Positions 1-8,723 of a DNA stretch of 64,000 nt are shown here, piece after piece. The notes beneath the pieces are model-generated. The model was not told where the DNA came from, searched no databases, and was given only the letters and a program-made list of their open reading frames with translations. The DNA comes from Anaerohalosphaeraceae bacterium (lineage in GTDB: Bacteria; Planctomycetota; Phycisphaerae; Sedimentisphaerales; Anaerohalosphaeraceae). How positions within the stretch are numbered: the first letter of the stretch is position 1; every line of letters begins with the position of its first letter. The stretch is taken from positions 160,001 to 224,000 of the forward strand of contig JBNRMN010000033.1 of NCBI GenBank assembly GCA_050309605.1, in the 5' to 3' direction. The translations under genes were made by a program, and so were the position numbers.

Positions 1-285
1 CCGACGACCGGGCTGCATTTTGCCGACATTCACAATCTGCTCAATGTACTGCGCCGCCTGACGGATATGGGCAACACCGTCATCGTCATCGAGCATAATC
101 TGGATGTGATCAAAATGGCTGATTATATCATCGACCTTGGCCCTGAAGGCGGTCTGCACGGCGGAGAAGTCATCGCCACCGGTGCGCCGGAAAAAATCAT
201 CAAAAACAAAAACAGCTACACCGCCCGCTATCTCAAAGAAAAATTGCTGGAAGAGCAGCGCCTCAATGCACGCAGCAAGGCCTGA
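1..285 (+). CDS. uvrA: Excinuclease ABC subunit A, C-terminal part (5' truncated by window)
   Basis: Frame 1 from base 1 reads [10 protein letters not shown]...[28 protein letters not shown], the UvrA second-ABC-domain C-terminus. Confidence 0.95.
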   Translation, partial: PTTGLHFADIHNLLNVLRRLTDMGNTVIVIEHNLDVIKMADYIIDLGPEGGLHGGEVIATGAPEKIIKNKNSYTARYLKEKLLEEQRLNARSKA

Positions 286-304
286 CTAAGTAAACCAAAG
301 GGCT

Positions 305-475
305 TTAGCGTCGCCACGCGGCCTTGCGCACCATCAGCGGGGGCAACTGTTCGGGTTTGACGTGGTTCATATTCAGACGGACGCAGCTGTGCTGGCTCGG
401 ATAGACCCGGATTTCGGGTATCAGTTCCTCCACCAGAGGAGGGAGTTTTTGCTGTTTTTTTTGCCGTTTGAACAT
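305..475 (-). CDS. Small hypothetical protein (~56 aa)
   Basis: ATG at 475 (MFKRQKKQQKLPPLV...), fills the uvrA/next-gene gap; no recognisable family. Confidence 0.35.
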   Translation of the reverse strand: MFKRQKKQQKLPPLVEELIPEIRVYPSQHSCVRLNMNHVKPEQLPPLMVRKAAWRR

Positions 476-670
476 GTTATCGTATTGTTTGCCGTTTTTT
501 AGCACGAACCGTTTACAGGCCGCTGTCGTTGCAGACCGTTTTACCGTTGCTATATCGACTGACTTCGGGGGCGGCTTAATCGCCGAGAAGTGCTAAATTT
601 CTTATTTGAATACTGTTCTTTTTCTGCCGGGACGGTATAATCGATACAAACGCAACTGAATGGAGAAACT

Positions 671-1387
671 ATGGAGTCCATCAATCGACAATCCAAGACG
701 ACGGTTCACCTGAGCGTACAGTATGTGCTGGCCGGGGCCTGGACGCCCGAACGAGTGCGAACGGTCGAGTTTGAAAAGGCCCTGCTGGACAACGGCCTGG
801 ATTTTGGCCAAACCCAATCGCGGGAAAATGCCTTTACATTGATTCGCACGCAGCCGTCGCACCTGCAAGTCAAGCTCGAATCGCCCGGTCCGCAGGTGGT
901 CAGCCTGCTGGTCGTGGCCAACAATCCGCAGTATGAGCGGGAAATGTTCGGCAGGGACGCCGAGGCGGTCGTGCAGGCGTTTTCGCAGACCTGGCCGGCT
1001 GAGCACTATCAGATTTTGACGGTCAACTGCAAAATCCACCATCTGTACAGCGCCCAAACGCATGCGTTTCAGTATCTCTGGGAAGAGCGGCTGGCCCAGT
1101 CGCCGGAGGATTTTCGACTCCTGGGCGGCCGTCCTGTGGCCGGGGGGGGATTGCGGCTGGTCATGCCGCCCCATGCGATCAAAGGCGGCGAGCCGACCTC
1201 GATTGAGGTCCGCGTTGAATCCTTTCTGCGTGAGCCGAAAAAGGTCTTCATCGAGACGGCCTTTTCCTGGCCCAAACCCCGCATTATCAGCCCCGAACAG
1301 GGCTTCGACCCGTCGCGCTATATCGAACAAACCGAACAATTCGCCGCCGAAGAGGTCTGGAACTTCCTGACCCGACAGAGGGCATAG
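671..1387 (+). CDS. Hypothetical protein (possibly TIGR04255-like)
   Basis: 238-aa ORF, GGAGA SD upstream, protein-like composition; family guess is weak. Confidence 0.75.
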   Translation: MESINRQSKTTVHLSVQYVLAGAWTPERVRTVEFEKALLDNGLDFGQTQSRENAFTLIRTQPSHLQVKLESPGPQVVSLLVVANNPQYEREMFGRDAEAVVQAFSQTWPAEHYQILTVNCKIHHLYSAQTHAFQYLWEERLAQSPEDFRLLGGRPVAGGGLRLVMPPHAIKGGEPTSIEVRVESFLREPKKVFIETAFSWPKPRIISPEQGFDPSRYIEQTEQFAAEEVWNFLTRQRA

Positions 1388-1438
1388 TTTTCAACAGGAA
1401 AAACAAGGAGGAAACGTGTAAATTGCGTGAAAAAACGC

Positions 1439-1466
1439 TTGATTTTTGTTTGATTTTCGCTATAGT
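1439..1466 (+). promoter_or_regulatory. Putative sigma70 promoter for leader/tRNA-Gln/glmU region
   Basis: TTGATT-N16-TATAGT in an AT-rich intergenic stretch. Confidence 0.5.
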
Positions 1467-1706
1467 CTTAAGTTTTATTGTTCTGCCGCATGGGGACGCG
1501 GGGTTGCAGGCCTTGGGTTGCGGGTCGAAACGGCTCGATTTTACCCCCTAACGGGGCTGACAGGTTTCGCAGCATGGTCAGCTCAAGCCTCCGGCAGACT
1601 CCGGTCGGTTCGCTTCTAAAGCGAACACTGCGACTTGCGTTGAATTCATCGCGTGCCGAAAGTCGCATAAGCTGTTTTGTTGAAAGGCTTTATCGTTTTT
1701 TTTTGA

Positions 1707-1778
1707 TACCCGGTGGTGTAATCGGTAACACAGAGGTTTTTGGTACCTCTATTCCAGGTTCGAGTCCTGGCCGGGTAG
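1707..1778 (+). tRNA. tRNA-Gln(TTG), CCA not encoded
   Basis: Acceptor stem TACCCGG/CCGGGTA, D arm GTGT/ACAC, anticodon stem GAGGT/ACCTC with TTG at 1740-1742, T arm CCAGG-TTCGAGT-CCTGG. Confidence 0.97.
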
Positions 1779-1824
1779 GTTTTTCCGGTAAAAAGGTAAA
1801 AGTTAAAAGGTAAAAGTACAGAAA

Positions 1825-2901
1825 ATGGTTGAAATTGCTGCTGTGATATTGGCCGCCGGGCAAAGCACTCGGATGAACACCCGTATCCCGAAGGTGCTGC
1901 ACGAGGTGTGCGGACGCCCGATGCTTGAGTGGGTCTTGTCGGCCTGCCGGGCGGCGGGAGTTACAAAGCATTATGTCATCGTTGGTTACGGCAAAGACCA
2001 GATCGTCGCCAAGTACCGCGATGACAGGGATGTGGTCTTTGTCGAGCAGACCGAGCAGCGCGGCACGGGACATGCGGTGATGTGCTGTCAGAACCACCTG
2101 AAGGATTTTTCGGGCTTGACACTGGTGCTGTGCGGCGATGCTCCGCTGATCCGCACGAAGACAATTAACATATTGATCGAAAAGCACTTACAGGAAAAAT
2201 CCGCGGTCACGCTGGCGACCGCCAAATTGAGCGACCCGACCGGCTACGGGCGGATTGTCCGCGACGGTTACGGCAATATCCAGGGCATCGTCGAGCACAA
2301 TGACTGTACGCCGGAGCAGCGGGTTATTTCGGAGATCAATCCGGGGTATTTCTGTTTCAATACGCCGCTGCTGCTGGGGGCGCTGAGCAAGATTACCCCG
2401 AATAATAAGAAAAATGAGTATTATCTGACCGATGCGCTGCACATTCTGCTGGCTGACGGATGCAAGGCCACGGCAGTGACTGCGGTGGCCGAGGAAGACG
2501 CGATGGGCGTGAACAATCGTCAGCAGCTCTCGGCGGCCGGTAAAATTATGCAGCAGCGGATACAGGAACGGCTGATGGCCGACGGCGTTACGATTGTCGA
2601 TCCGGTCAACACGTGGATCGACGCCCGCGCCGAGATCGGTCAGGACACCATCATCGAGCCGTTTACCTATCTGCACGGCCCCATTAAAATCGGCGCCAAC
2701 AGTCGTATCGGTGCCGGCTGCGTAACAACCGATCCAACCGGCGAGGGCAAGGCCGCTATTGTCATCGGCAATGAGGTCTATATTGGTCCCGGTTCGGTGC
2801 TCAAGGCGCCGGCGTCGATAGAAGACGGCCGTATCGTGGCCCCCGGCTCGGTTATTGGAGATGCCCAACAGAAGATGTCCGGAGAGAACGCCGATGCTTA
2901 A
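1825..2901 (+). CDS. glmU: GlmU-like UDP-GlcNAc pyrophosphorylase with shortened beta-helix domain
   Basis: ILAAGQSTRM, PKVLH, GTGHAV, GYGRIVR, EYYLTD and GVNNR motifs; only 358 aa. Confidence 0.9.
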   Translation: MVEIAAVILAAGQSTRMNTRIPKVLHEVCGRPMLEWVLSACRAAGVTKHYVIVGYGKDQIVAKYRDDRDVVFVEQTEQRGTGHAVMCCQNHLKDFSGLTLVLCGDAPLIRTKTINILIEKHLQEKSAVTLATAKLSDPTGYGRIVRDGYGNIQGIVEHNDCTPEQRVISEINPGYFCFNTPLLLGALSKITPNNKKNEYYLTDALHILLADGCKATAVTAVAEEDAMGVNNRQQLSAAGKIMQQRIQERLMADGVTIVDPVNTWIDARAEIGQDTIIEPFTYLHGPIKIGANSRIGAGCVTTDPTGEGKAAIVIGNEVYIGPGSVLKAPASIEDGRIVAPGSVIGDAQQKMSGENADA

Positions 2902-3844
2902 TCGTCCTTCCATTGTTTTTAGCGGCACGGCCAACCCCGACTTGACGCAGGCGATTTGCAGTTATTTGAACGTCAAGCCCGGCCGTCGAACCATCGAGCG
3001 GTTTCCGGACGGCGAAAAAATCATCAAGCTGGATTCCGAAGTCAGGGGACGGGACTGTTTTGTGGTGCAGCCGACCTGTGCGCCGGTTGACGAAAATCTG
3101 ATGGAGCTGTTGATATTTTTGGATTGTCTGCGTCGAGCCAGTGCCGACCGTGTCACGGCGGTGGTGCCGTATTACGGATATGCCCGTCAGGATCGCAAAG
3201 ACGCCGGTCGGGTTCCGATTACGGCCAAGCTGATCGCCAACATCATCACCGCTGCCGGAGCGGACCGGGTGCTGTCGGTGGATATGCACGCCAAGCAGCT
3301 TCAGGGGTTCTTTGATATCCCGATTGATCATTTGTCGGCCGAGCCGGTGATCATTGACTATCTCCGGCAAAAGAACATCGACAATCTGACGGTCGTTGCG
3401 CCGGATGTGGGCAATATCAAGACCGCGTCGCGGTATGCCACGGCGCTGGGGGGCGAGTTGGCCATCATTCACAAACGCCGGCTGACCGGCAAGGAAGTGC
3501 TGTTCGAAGAGATCATCGGCAATGTCAAAGACCGCAATGTTGTGATGGTGGATGATATGATTTCGACGGCCGGGACGATCTGCGGCGCGGCGCACATGGT
3601 CAAAAAGCTGGGCGCCCGCCGGATTCTGGCCGGGGCAACGCACGGCGTCTTTTCCCCGCCGGCGGTGGAACGATTTCAGTCGGCCCCCATCGATGAGGTG
3701 GTGGTCACCAATACGATTCCCGTCCACGAAGAATCGCGGCAAATCAAAAATCTGAAGGTGTTGAGCGTGGCCGAGCTGTTGGGTGAAGCCATCCGACGGA
3801 TTCATATGAACGAATCGGTCAGTTCGATGTTTTCGATGCCTTAA
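2894..3844 (+). CDS. prs: Ribose-phosphate pyrophosphokinase
   Basis: FPDGE, PYYGYARQDRK, DMHAKQLQGFF and VDDMISTAGT motifs; ATG at 2894 with GGAGA SD. Confidence 0.97.
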   Translation: MLNRPSIVFSGTANPDLTQAICSYLNVKPGRRTIERFPDGEKIIKLDSEVRGRDCFVVQPTCAPVDENLMELLIFLDCLRRASADRVTAVVPYYGYARQDRKDAGRVPITAKLIANIITAAGADRVLSVDMHAKQLQGFFDIPIDHLSAEPVIIDYLRQKNIDNLTVVAPDVGNIKTASRYATALGGELAIIHKRRLTGKEVLFEEIIGNVKDRNVVMVDDMISTAGTICGAAHMVKKLGARRILAGATHGVFSPPAVERFQSAPIDEVVVTNTIPVHEESRQIKNLKVLSVAELLGEAIRRIHMNESVSSMFSMP

Positions 3845-3898
3845 AAACCGTATTGTATAACGTCAACCCTAAATTTGATAATTGGTCATGAGGTTTGT

Positions 3899-4549
3899 AT
3901 GTCAACTGAAACAGTGAGTTTGAAAGCAGATATCCGGCAAAAAGCCGGATCCAATGAGGCCAGGCGTCTTCGCCGTGAAGGCAAGCTGCCGGCGGTTGTC
4001 TATGGTCACGGCCAGCCGTCGATGCCCATTGCGGTCAACGCGCACGACTTTGTGCGCGGGCTGCACCACGGTCATCGGCTGTTCAACGTTGATCTGGACG
4101 GCAAATCAGAAACCCTTCTGCTCAAAGACGTGCAATATGATTATCTGGGCAAGAATCTGATTCACGCCGATTTGATTCGCGTGGATTTGAGCGAACGGGT
4201 GACCGTGGAGGTTCCGCTGGAGTTTCGCGGCGTAGCCAAAGGCACGACCATGGGCGGCATTCTGGACGAAGTGATGACGCATCTTGAGGTGGAGTGCAGG
4301 GTGACCGAGATTCCCGATCTGATCCCCGTGATTGTCCGCGAGGTGGGACTGAATGAGGCGCTGCATGCTAAAGACATTGAACTGCCGTCCGGCTGTATCC
4401 TCAAGACCGATCCGGAGGCACTGGTGCTGATTTGCCACGAATCCAAGGCGGCTGCCGCGGCCGAAGAAGCCGAAGAAGCCGAAGCCGTCGAGACGGAAAC
4501 CGAGCCGGAAGTGATTACCGAACGCAAAAAGGAAGAAGCAGCCGAGTAA
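3899..4549 (+). CDS. rplY: 50S ribosomal protein L25/Ctc
   Basis: ARRLRREGKLPAVVYGHG, IHADL; lies between prs and pth. Confidence 0.95.
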   Translation: MSTETVSLKADIRQKAGSNEARRLRREGKLPAVVYGHGQPSMPIAVNAHDFVRGLHHGHRLFNVDLDGKSETLLLKDVQYDYLGKNLIHADLIRVDLSERVTVEVPLEFRGVAKGTTMGGILDEVMTHLEVECRVTEIPDLIPVIVREVGLNEALHAKDIELPSGCILKTDPEALVLICHESKAAAAAEEAEEAEAVETETEPEVITERKKEEAAE

Positions 4550-4582
4550 TCCGGCGGCTGTGTCGGATATGGGCGGTATGCC

Positions 4583-5278
4583 ATGGATGAGACGTTTGGT
4601 TATACGTTCCGCGAGGTACTGGCAGAGAAGGCTCAGTTGCAGCCTGCAACACACAGGCTGATTGTCGGTTTGGGCAATCCCGGTGCTGCGTATGATCTGA
4701 CGCGCCATAATGTGGGATTTATGGCGCTGGATGCGCTGGCCGAACGGCTGGGTGTGTCCATTCGGCGAAACGCGTTCAACGCCCTGACGGCTGAGGCGAG
4801 TATCGGGCCAAACAAGCTGATTTTGCTCAAGCCGCAGCAATATATGAATCGCAGCGGTCATGCGGTCGCGACCGTGGCGGGTTATTATAAAATTCCGGCT
4901 CAGGATGTGATCGTCGTGCTGGACGATATGGCGCTGCCGACCGGTCAGATTCGTCTGCGGGCCAAAGGTTCGGCCGGCGGACATAACGGTCTGAAAGACA
5001 TTATCGCGCGTCTCGGAACGGATGCCTTTGCTCGGCTGCGGATCGGCATCGGTCAGGCCGACGGCGGCGACGCGGCCGATTATGTCTTGAGCCGCTTTGA
5101 CCCGCAGCAGCGTTCGGCCATTGAACAGGCCCTCAGCCGCTGCGTTGAGGCGCTGTTGTGCTGGGTCGAGCACGATATTGAAACGGCGATGAACCATTTT
5201 AACAGCAAGGCGGACGCAAACGGCCAACACGCAAACCGCGGAGATGTGCCGCGGAATAAAACTGAACAGAACCCTTAA
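4583..5278 (+). CDS. pth: Peptidyl-tRNA hydrolase
   Basis: LIVGLGNPG, TRHNVGF, KPQQYMNRSG, GSAGGHNGLK; start uncertain. Confidence 0.96.
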   Translation: MDETFGYTFREVLAEKAQLQPATHRLIVGLGNPGAAYDLTRHNVGFMALDALAERLGVSIRRNAFNALTAEASIGPNKLILLKPQQYMNRSGHAVATVAGYYKIPAQDVIVVLDDMALPTGQIRLRAKGSAGGHNGLKDIIARLGTDAFARLRIGIGQADGGDAADYVLSRFDPQQRSAIEQALSRCVEALLCWVEHDIETAMNHFNSKADANGQHANRGDVPRNKTEQNP

Positions 5279-5307
5279 ATGAAAGTACTCAATCGGAGGT
5301 ACGAAAT

Positions 5308-5781
5308 TTGGAAACAGCAGTAAAACGACTCTATGAAGGCTTGTTCCTGGTGGATTCGGCGATTGCCGCGGCGGACTGGCAGCTTGTCATCGACACGATT
5401 AACAGGATTCTTGCCAAGACCGAGGCCGAGGTCGTCTCGTTGCACAAGTGGGATGAGCGCAAGCTCAGCTACGATATCGGCAAAGTCTCGCGCGGCACGT
5501 ACATTCTGGTGTATTTCAACTGCGATCCGCTGCGGATCCATGAAATCGAGCGGGATGTTCAGCTTTCCGAGACGCTGCTTCGCGTGATGATCCTGCGCAC
5601 GGATCGGATGAGCCGGGAGGACATCGAAAAGCCCACGCCGATTATGGTTGCTGAGACACAGGCTCAGGCCGCCGCTGAGGCGCAAGCCCAGGCGGATAGC
5701 GACGCGACGGATGATGACGACGACGCGGACGACGATTTTGACGACCGCGACGACCGCGACGACCGCAATGACGTCGATTAA
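5308..5781 (+). CDS. rpsF: 30S ribosomal protein S6 with acidic C-terminal tail
   Basis: YEGLFL, WDERKLSYDI, LRVMIL; TTG start with GGAGG SD; rpsF-ssb-rpsR order. Confidence 0.93.
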   Translation: METAVKRLYEGLFLVDSAIAAADWQLVIDTINRILAKTEAEVVSLHKWDERKLSYDIGKVSRGTYILVYFNCDPLRIHEIERDVQLSETLLRVMILRTDRMSREDIEKPTPIMVAETQAQAAAEAQAQADSDATDDDDDADDDFDDRDDRDDRNDVD

Positions 5782-5839
5782 CAGATTCACAATGCCGGAT
5801 GTATTGGTCCGGAGCGGTTAAACCGGGAAAGGGACGGCC

Positions 5840-6310
5840 ATGGCCAATTTGAATAAAGTATTGCTGATGGGAAATTTGACCCGCGATCCGCAGTTGTCGT
5901 ATTTGCCCAGCCAGACGCCGGTAGTGGAGTTTGGCCTGGCGATGAATCGCCGGTTCAAAAAGCAGGACGGTTCGCTGGGCGATGAGACGTGTTTTGTCGA
6001 TTGCCGCATGTTCGGCAAGCGCGCCGAGACGCTGAATCGATACTTGAAAAAAGGCGAGCCGCTTTTCGTCGAAGGCCGTCTTCAGTATGACCAGTGGCAG
6101 GCGCCGGACGGCACTCGCAAAAGCCGACTTCGTGTGTTCGTCGAAAACTTTGAATTCATCGGCCGAGGCGGCGGCGGGCAGGGCGGACGCAGCAGCGGCG
6201 GCTACGGCGGCGCGGCATCGCCCGGCGGGTCGGCGGATATGGACAGCGGCGGCGGCGATATGGATGTGCCCTACGGCGCCGGCGGCCCGGATGATGATAT
6301 TCCCTTCTAA
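5840..6310 (+). CDS. ssb: Single-stranded DNA-binding protein
   Basis: NKVLLMGNLTRDP, Gly-rich linker, C-terminal DDDIPF. Confidence 0.98.
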   Translation: MANLNKVLLMGNLTRDPQLSYLPSQTPVVEFGLAMNRRFKKQDGSLGDETCFVDCRMFGKRAETLNRYLKKGEPLFVEGRLQYDQWQAPDGTRKSRLRVFVENFEFIGRGGGGQGGRSSGGYGGAASPGGSADMDSGGGDMDVPYGAGGPDDDIPF

Positions 6311-6395
6311 AGGGAACAGAAAAACATCGTTACGTGTGATTGGCGATTGACTATAACTGATTAAGAACCCTAACCATAGGAACAGGACTTGTGTT

Positions 6396-6656
6396 ATGAG
6401 AATGATGAGAAAACCTACGAATGTTCGACGAAAACGGACATTGACCACCATTCGCGAGCAGACCCAGTGCCGATTTTGTCGCGAAGGCAAATCGTATATC
6501 GACTACAAAGATGTGGACACGCTCAGCAAGCTGCTGACCAATCGCGGCAAGATTTTTTCCCGCAAACGCAGTGGTAATTGCGCCGGTTGTCAGCGCAAGG
6601 TCAAGCGCGCCATCAAACGGGCGCGGTTTATGGCGCTGCTGCCGTACACCACCTAA
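6396..6656 (+). CDS. rpsR: 30S ribosomal protein S18 (Cys-containing form)
   Basis: CRFC...IDYKDVDTL...RGKIFSRKRSGNCAGCQRKVKRAIKRAR. Confidence 0.96.
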   Translation: MRMMRKPTNVRRKRTLTTIREQTQCRFCREGKSYIDYKDVDTLSKLLTNRGKIFSRKRSGNCAGCQRKVKRAIKRARFMALLPYTT

Positions 6657-6715
6657 GCAAGTGCGTGGGGGTCACAAGCTGGATTGAAACTAATTTAAGA
6701 CACAGGAGTACCACA

Positions 6716-7204
6716 ATGAAGGTTTTGTTGTGCAGCGATATTGAAAAGCTGGGTTGGCTTGGCGATATAGTAGATGTAAAGAATGGGTATGCTCGGAATT
6801 ATCTGATCCCGCAGGGACTGGCGACGGTTCCCACCGAGGCGAATATCAAGTCGCTGGCCGACGAAAAAGCCCGTCGCGCCGAGGCCCGTCGGCTGGTGCG
6901 CGAACAGAAAGAACGTCTGGTTACGTCGGTTCAGGATGCCGAAGTGGTTCTCACGGCCAAGGCCAACGAACAGGGGCACTTGTTCGGTTCGGTGACCGAG
7001 CGTGATATTGCACAGAATTTGCGTCAACAAGGTTTTGACGTTGCGGATGAAATGATTAAAATGGACGGTCATATCAAGGAACTGGGCGTCAGTGAGGTGA
7101 CGGTTCGCGCGGCGGCCGACCTGACGGCGACGGTTCGAGTGGTTGTTAACTCACAGGAACAGACCGTTGACGCAGCGCAGGAAAGCAACAGCTCGGAGGC
7201 ATGA
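6716..7204 (+). CDS. rplI: 50S ribosomal protein L9
   Basis: MKVLL...LG..GDIVDVKNGYARNYLIPQGLA, LFGSVT; AGGAG SD. Confidence 0.97.
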   Translation: MKVLLCSDIEKLGWLGDIVDVKNGYARNYLIPQGLATVPTEANIKSLADEKARRAEARRLVREQKERLVTSVQDAEVVLTAKANEQGHLFGSVTERDIAQNLRQQGFDVADEMIKMDGHIKELGVSEVTVRAAADLTATVRVVVNSQEQTVDAAQESNSSEA

Positions 7205-8591
7205 GTCGGATTCGCTCGGCGACGCCGCACTGCAGGATGTGCTGGCCGGACGCAAAATGCCGGCCTCACCCGAAGCAGAAGCGGCGGTGTTGGGGTCGAT
7301 GATTCTGGATCGCGATTGTATCAGTTCGATGATTGAGCTGATGCGACCCGATTATTTCTCTCGAACAGAGCACCGGCTGATTTACGACGGGCTGCTGCGT
7401 CTGTATGAGGCCAACAGCAGCATTGATCTGGTGCTGCTGCGGGACGAGCTGAAAAAAATGGACTGCCTGGAGGCGGTTGGCGGGGTTGAATACCTGGTCA
7501 AAGTGGCCGAGGCCGTCCCCTCGGCGGCCAATGCGGAGTATTACGCCGCTATTGTCCGCGAAAAGGCGATGTTGCGCGAATTGGCGCGCACCTGTGCCGA
7601 GATTATGCAGGATGCCTGCGACGAGGCGGGCGATGTCAGCGAAAAGCTTGATTTGGCCGAGCAAAAAGTTTTTGCCGTTACGGAAAAGAAAATCACCGGT
7701 GCGGCGGTTCCGGTCAAAAACCTGATTACGGAGGCCTTTGAGGCCATCGAATCCCGGAAAGGCTCGCACGTAACGGGGCTGCCGACGGGATTTGAGGAAC
7801 TCAATCAGTTGCTGTGCGGCCTGCAGAAGGGCGAAATGGTCATTGTTGCGGCCCGTCCGAGTATGGGTAAAACCAGTTTCGCGCTGAATATGGCCGAATA
7901 TCAGGCCGCCGATGAAGATATTCCCGTGGTCATCTTTTCCCTTGAAATGAGCCGTCAGCAGTTGGTCGAGCGTATTTTGTGTAGCCGCTCCGGGGTGGAT
8001 TCACAACTGGTTCGAAAAGGGATGCTCAGCACCGATCAGTTTGCCGAATTGACGCGGGCCGGGGGCGAGTTGTTCGAAAAACCGTTGTTTATCGATGATA
8101 CGCCGGGCCTGACCCCGATGATGATCCGCGGCAAGTGCCGTCGGCTCAAAAGCCAGTATGATATTCAGGCGGTGTATGTCGATTATATGCAGTTGATGAG
8201 CCTGGGCGGTTACGCCGAATCGCGCCAGCAGGAAATCAGCACGATTTCGCGACAGCTCAAGGCGCTGGCCCGCGAGCTGGAAGTGCCGGTCGTGGTGCTC
8301 AGCCAGCTCAATCGCGCCGCCGAAGGACGCGAGGGACATCGTCCGCGGATGAGCGACCTGCGTGAAAGCGGCAGCATCGAGCAGGACGCCGATGTGATTA
8401 TCCTGCTGCATCGGGAAGCCTATTATCATCGTCATGACCCCGGATGGGAAGAGGAAAATCCCGACAAAGCCAACACCGCCGAGATCATTGTCGCCAAGCA
8501 GCGCAACGGTCCGACGGATGTGGTTAACCTGGTCTTTGACGGGCGTTTGACGCGGTTTAAGCCCTGTTACCATGAACCGGCGCCGTTTTGA
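7167..8591 (+). CDS. dnaB: Replicative DNA helicase
   Basis: AARPSMGKT Walker A, FSLEMS, LSQLNR, SDLRESGSIEQDAD, KQRNGP; probable TTG start at 7167 (AGGA SD) overlapping rplI. Confidence 0.97.
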   Translation: MTQRRKATARRHESDSLGDAALQDVLAGRKMPASPEAEAAVLGSMILDRDCISSMIELMRPDYFSRTEHRLIYDGLLRLYEANSSIDLVLLRDELKKMDCLEAVGGVEYLVKVAEAVPSAANAEYYAAIVREKAMLRELARTCAEIMQDACDEAGDVSEKLDLAEQKVFAVTEKKITGAAVPVKNLITEAFEAIESRKGSHVTGLPTGFEELNQLLCGLQKGEMVIVAARPSMGKTSFALNMAEYQAADEDIPVVIFSLEMSRQQLVERILCSRSGVDSQLVRKGMLSTDQFAELTRAGGELFEKPLFIDDTPGLTPMMIRGKCRRLKSQYDIQAVYVDYMQLMSLGGYAESRQQEISTISRQLKALARELEVPVVVLSQLNRAAEGREGHRPRMSDLRESGSIEQDADVIILLHREAYYHRHDPGWEEENPDKANTAEIIVAKQRNGPTDVVNLVFDGRLTRFKPCYHEPAPF

Positions 8592-8723
8592 AATCAATGA
8601 GAGACATAACAGTCAACAATCAGGAGCCGGCCGCCGGCCGGGTCTTTGCATAATGGTCAATACGCAGACAAAAGACGCTTCCGGCGCCATTCAGCAAACA
8701 CAGAAACAAACTTCAGGGAGGCA

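Noticed and set aside
1575..1610. c-di-GMP-I riboswitch or glmS ribozyme upstream of glmU
   Set aside because: AAGCCTCCGGC resembles part of the GEMM motif, but the GGCAAAC/GAAA P2 core is missing; no glmS core consensus seen
7201..7302. ATG overlapping the rplI stop as dnaB start or frameshift
   Set aside because: Out of frame and stops after ~33 codons; the in-frame TTG at 7167 with an SD explains dnaB
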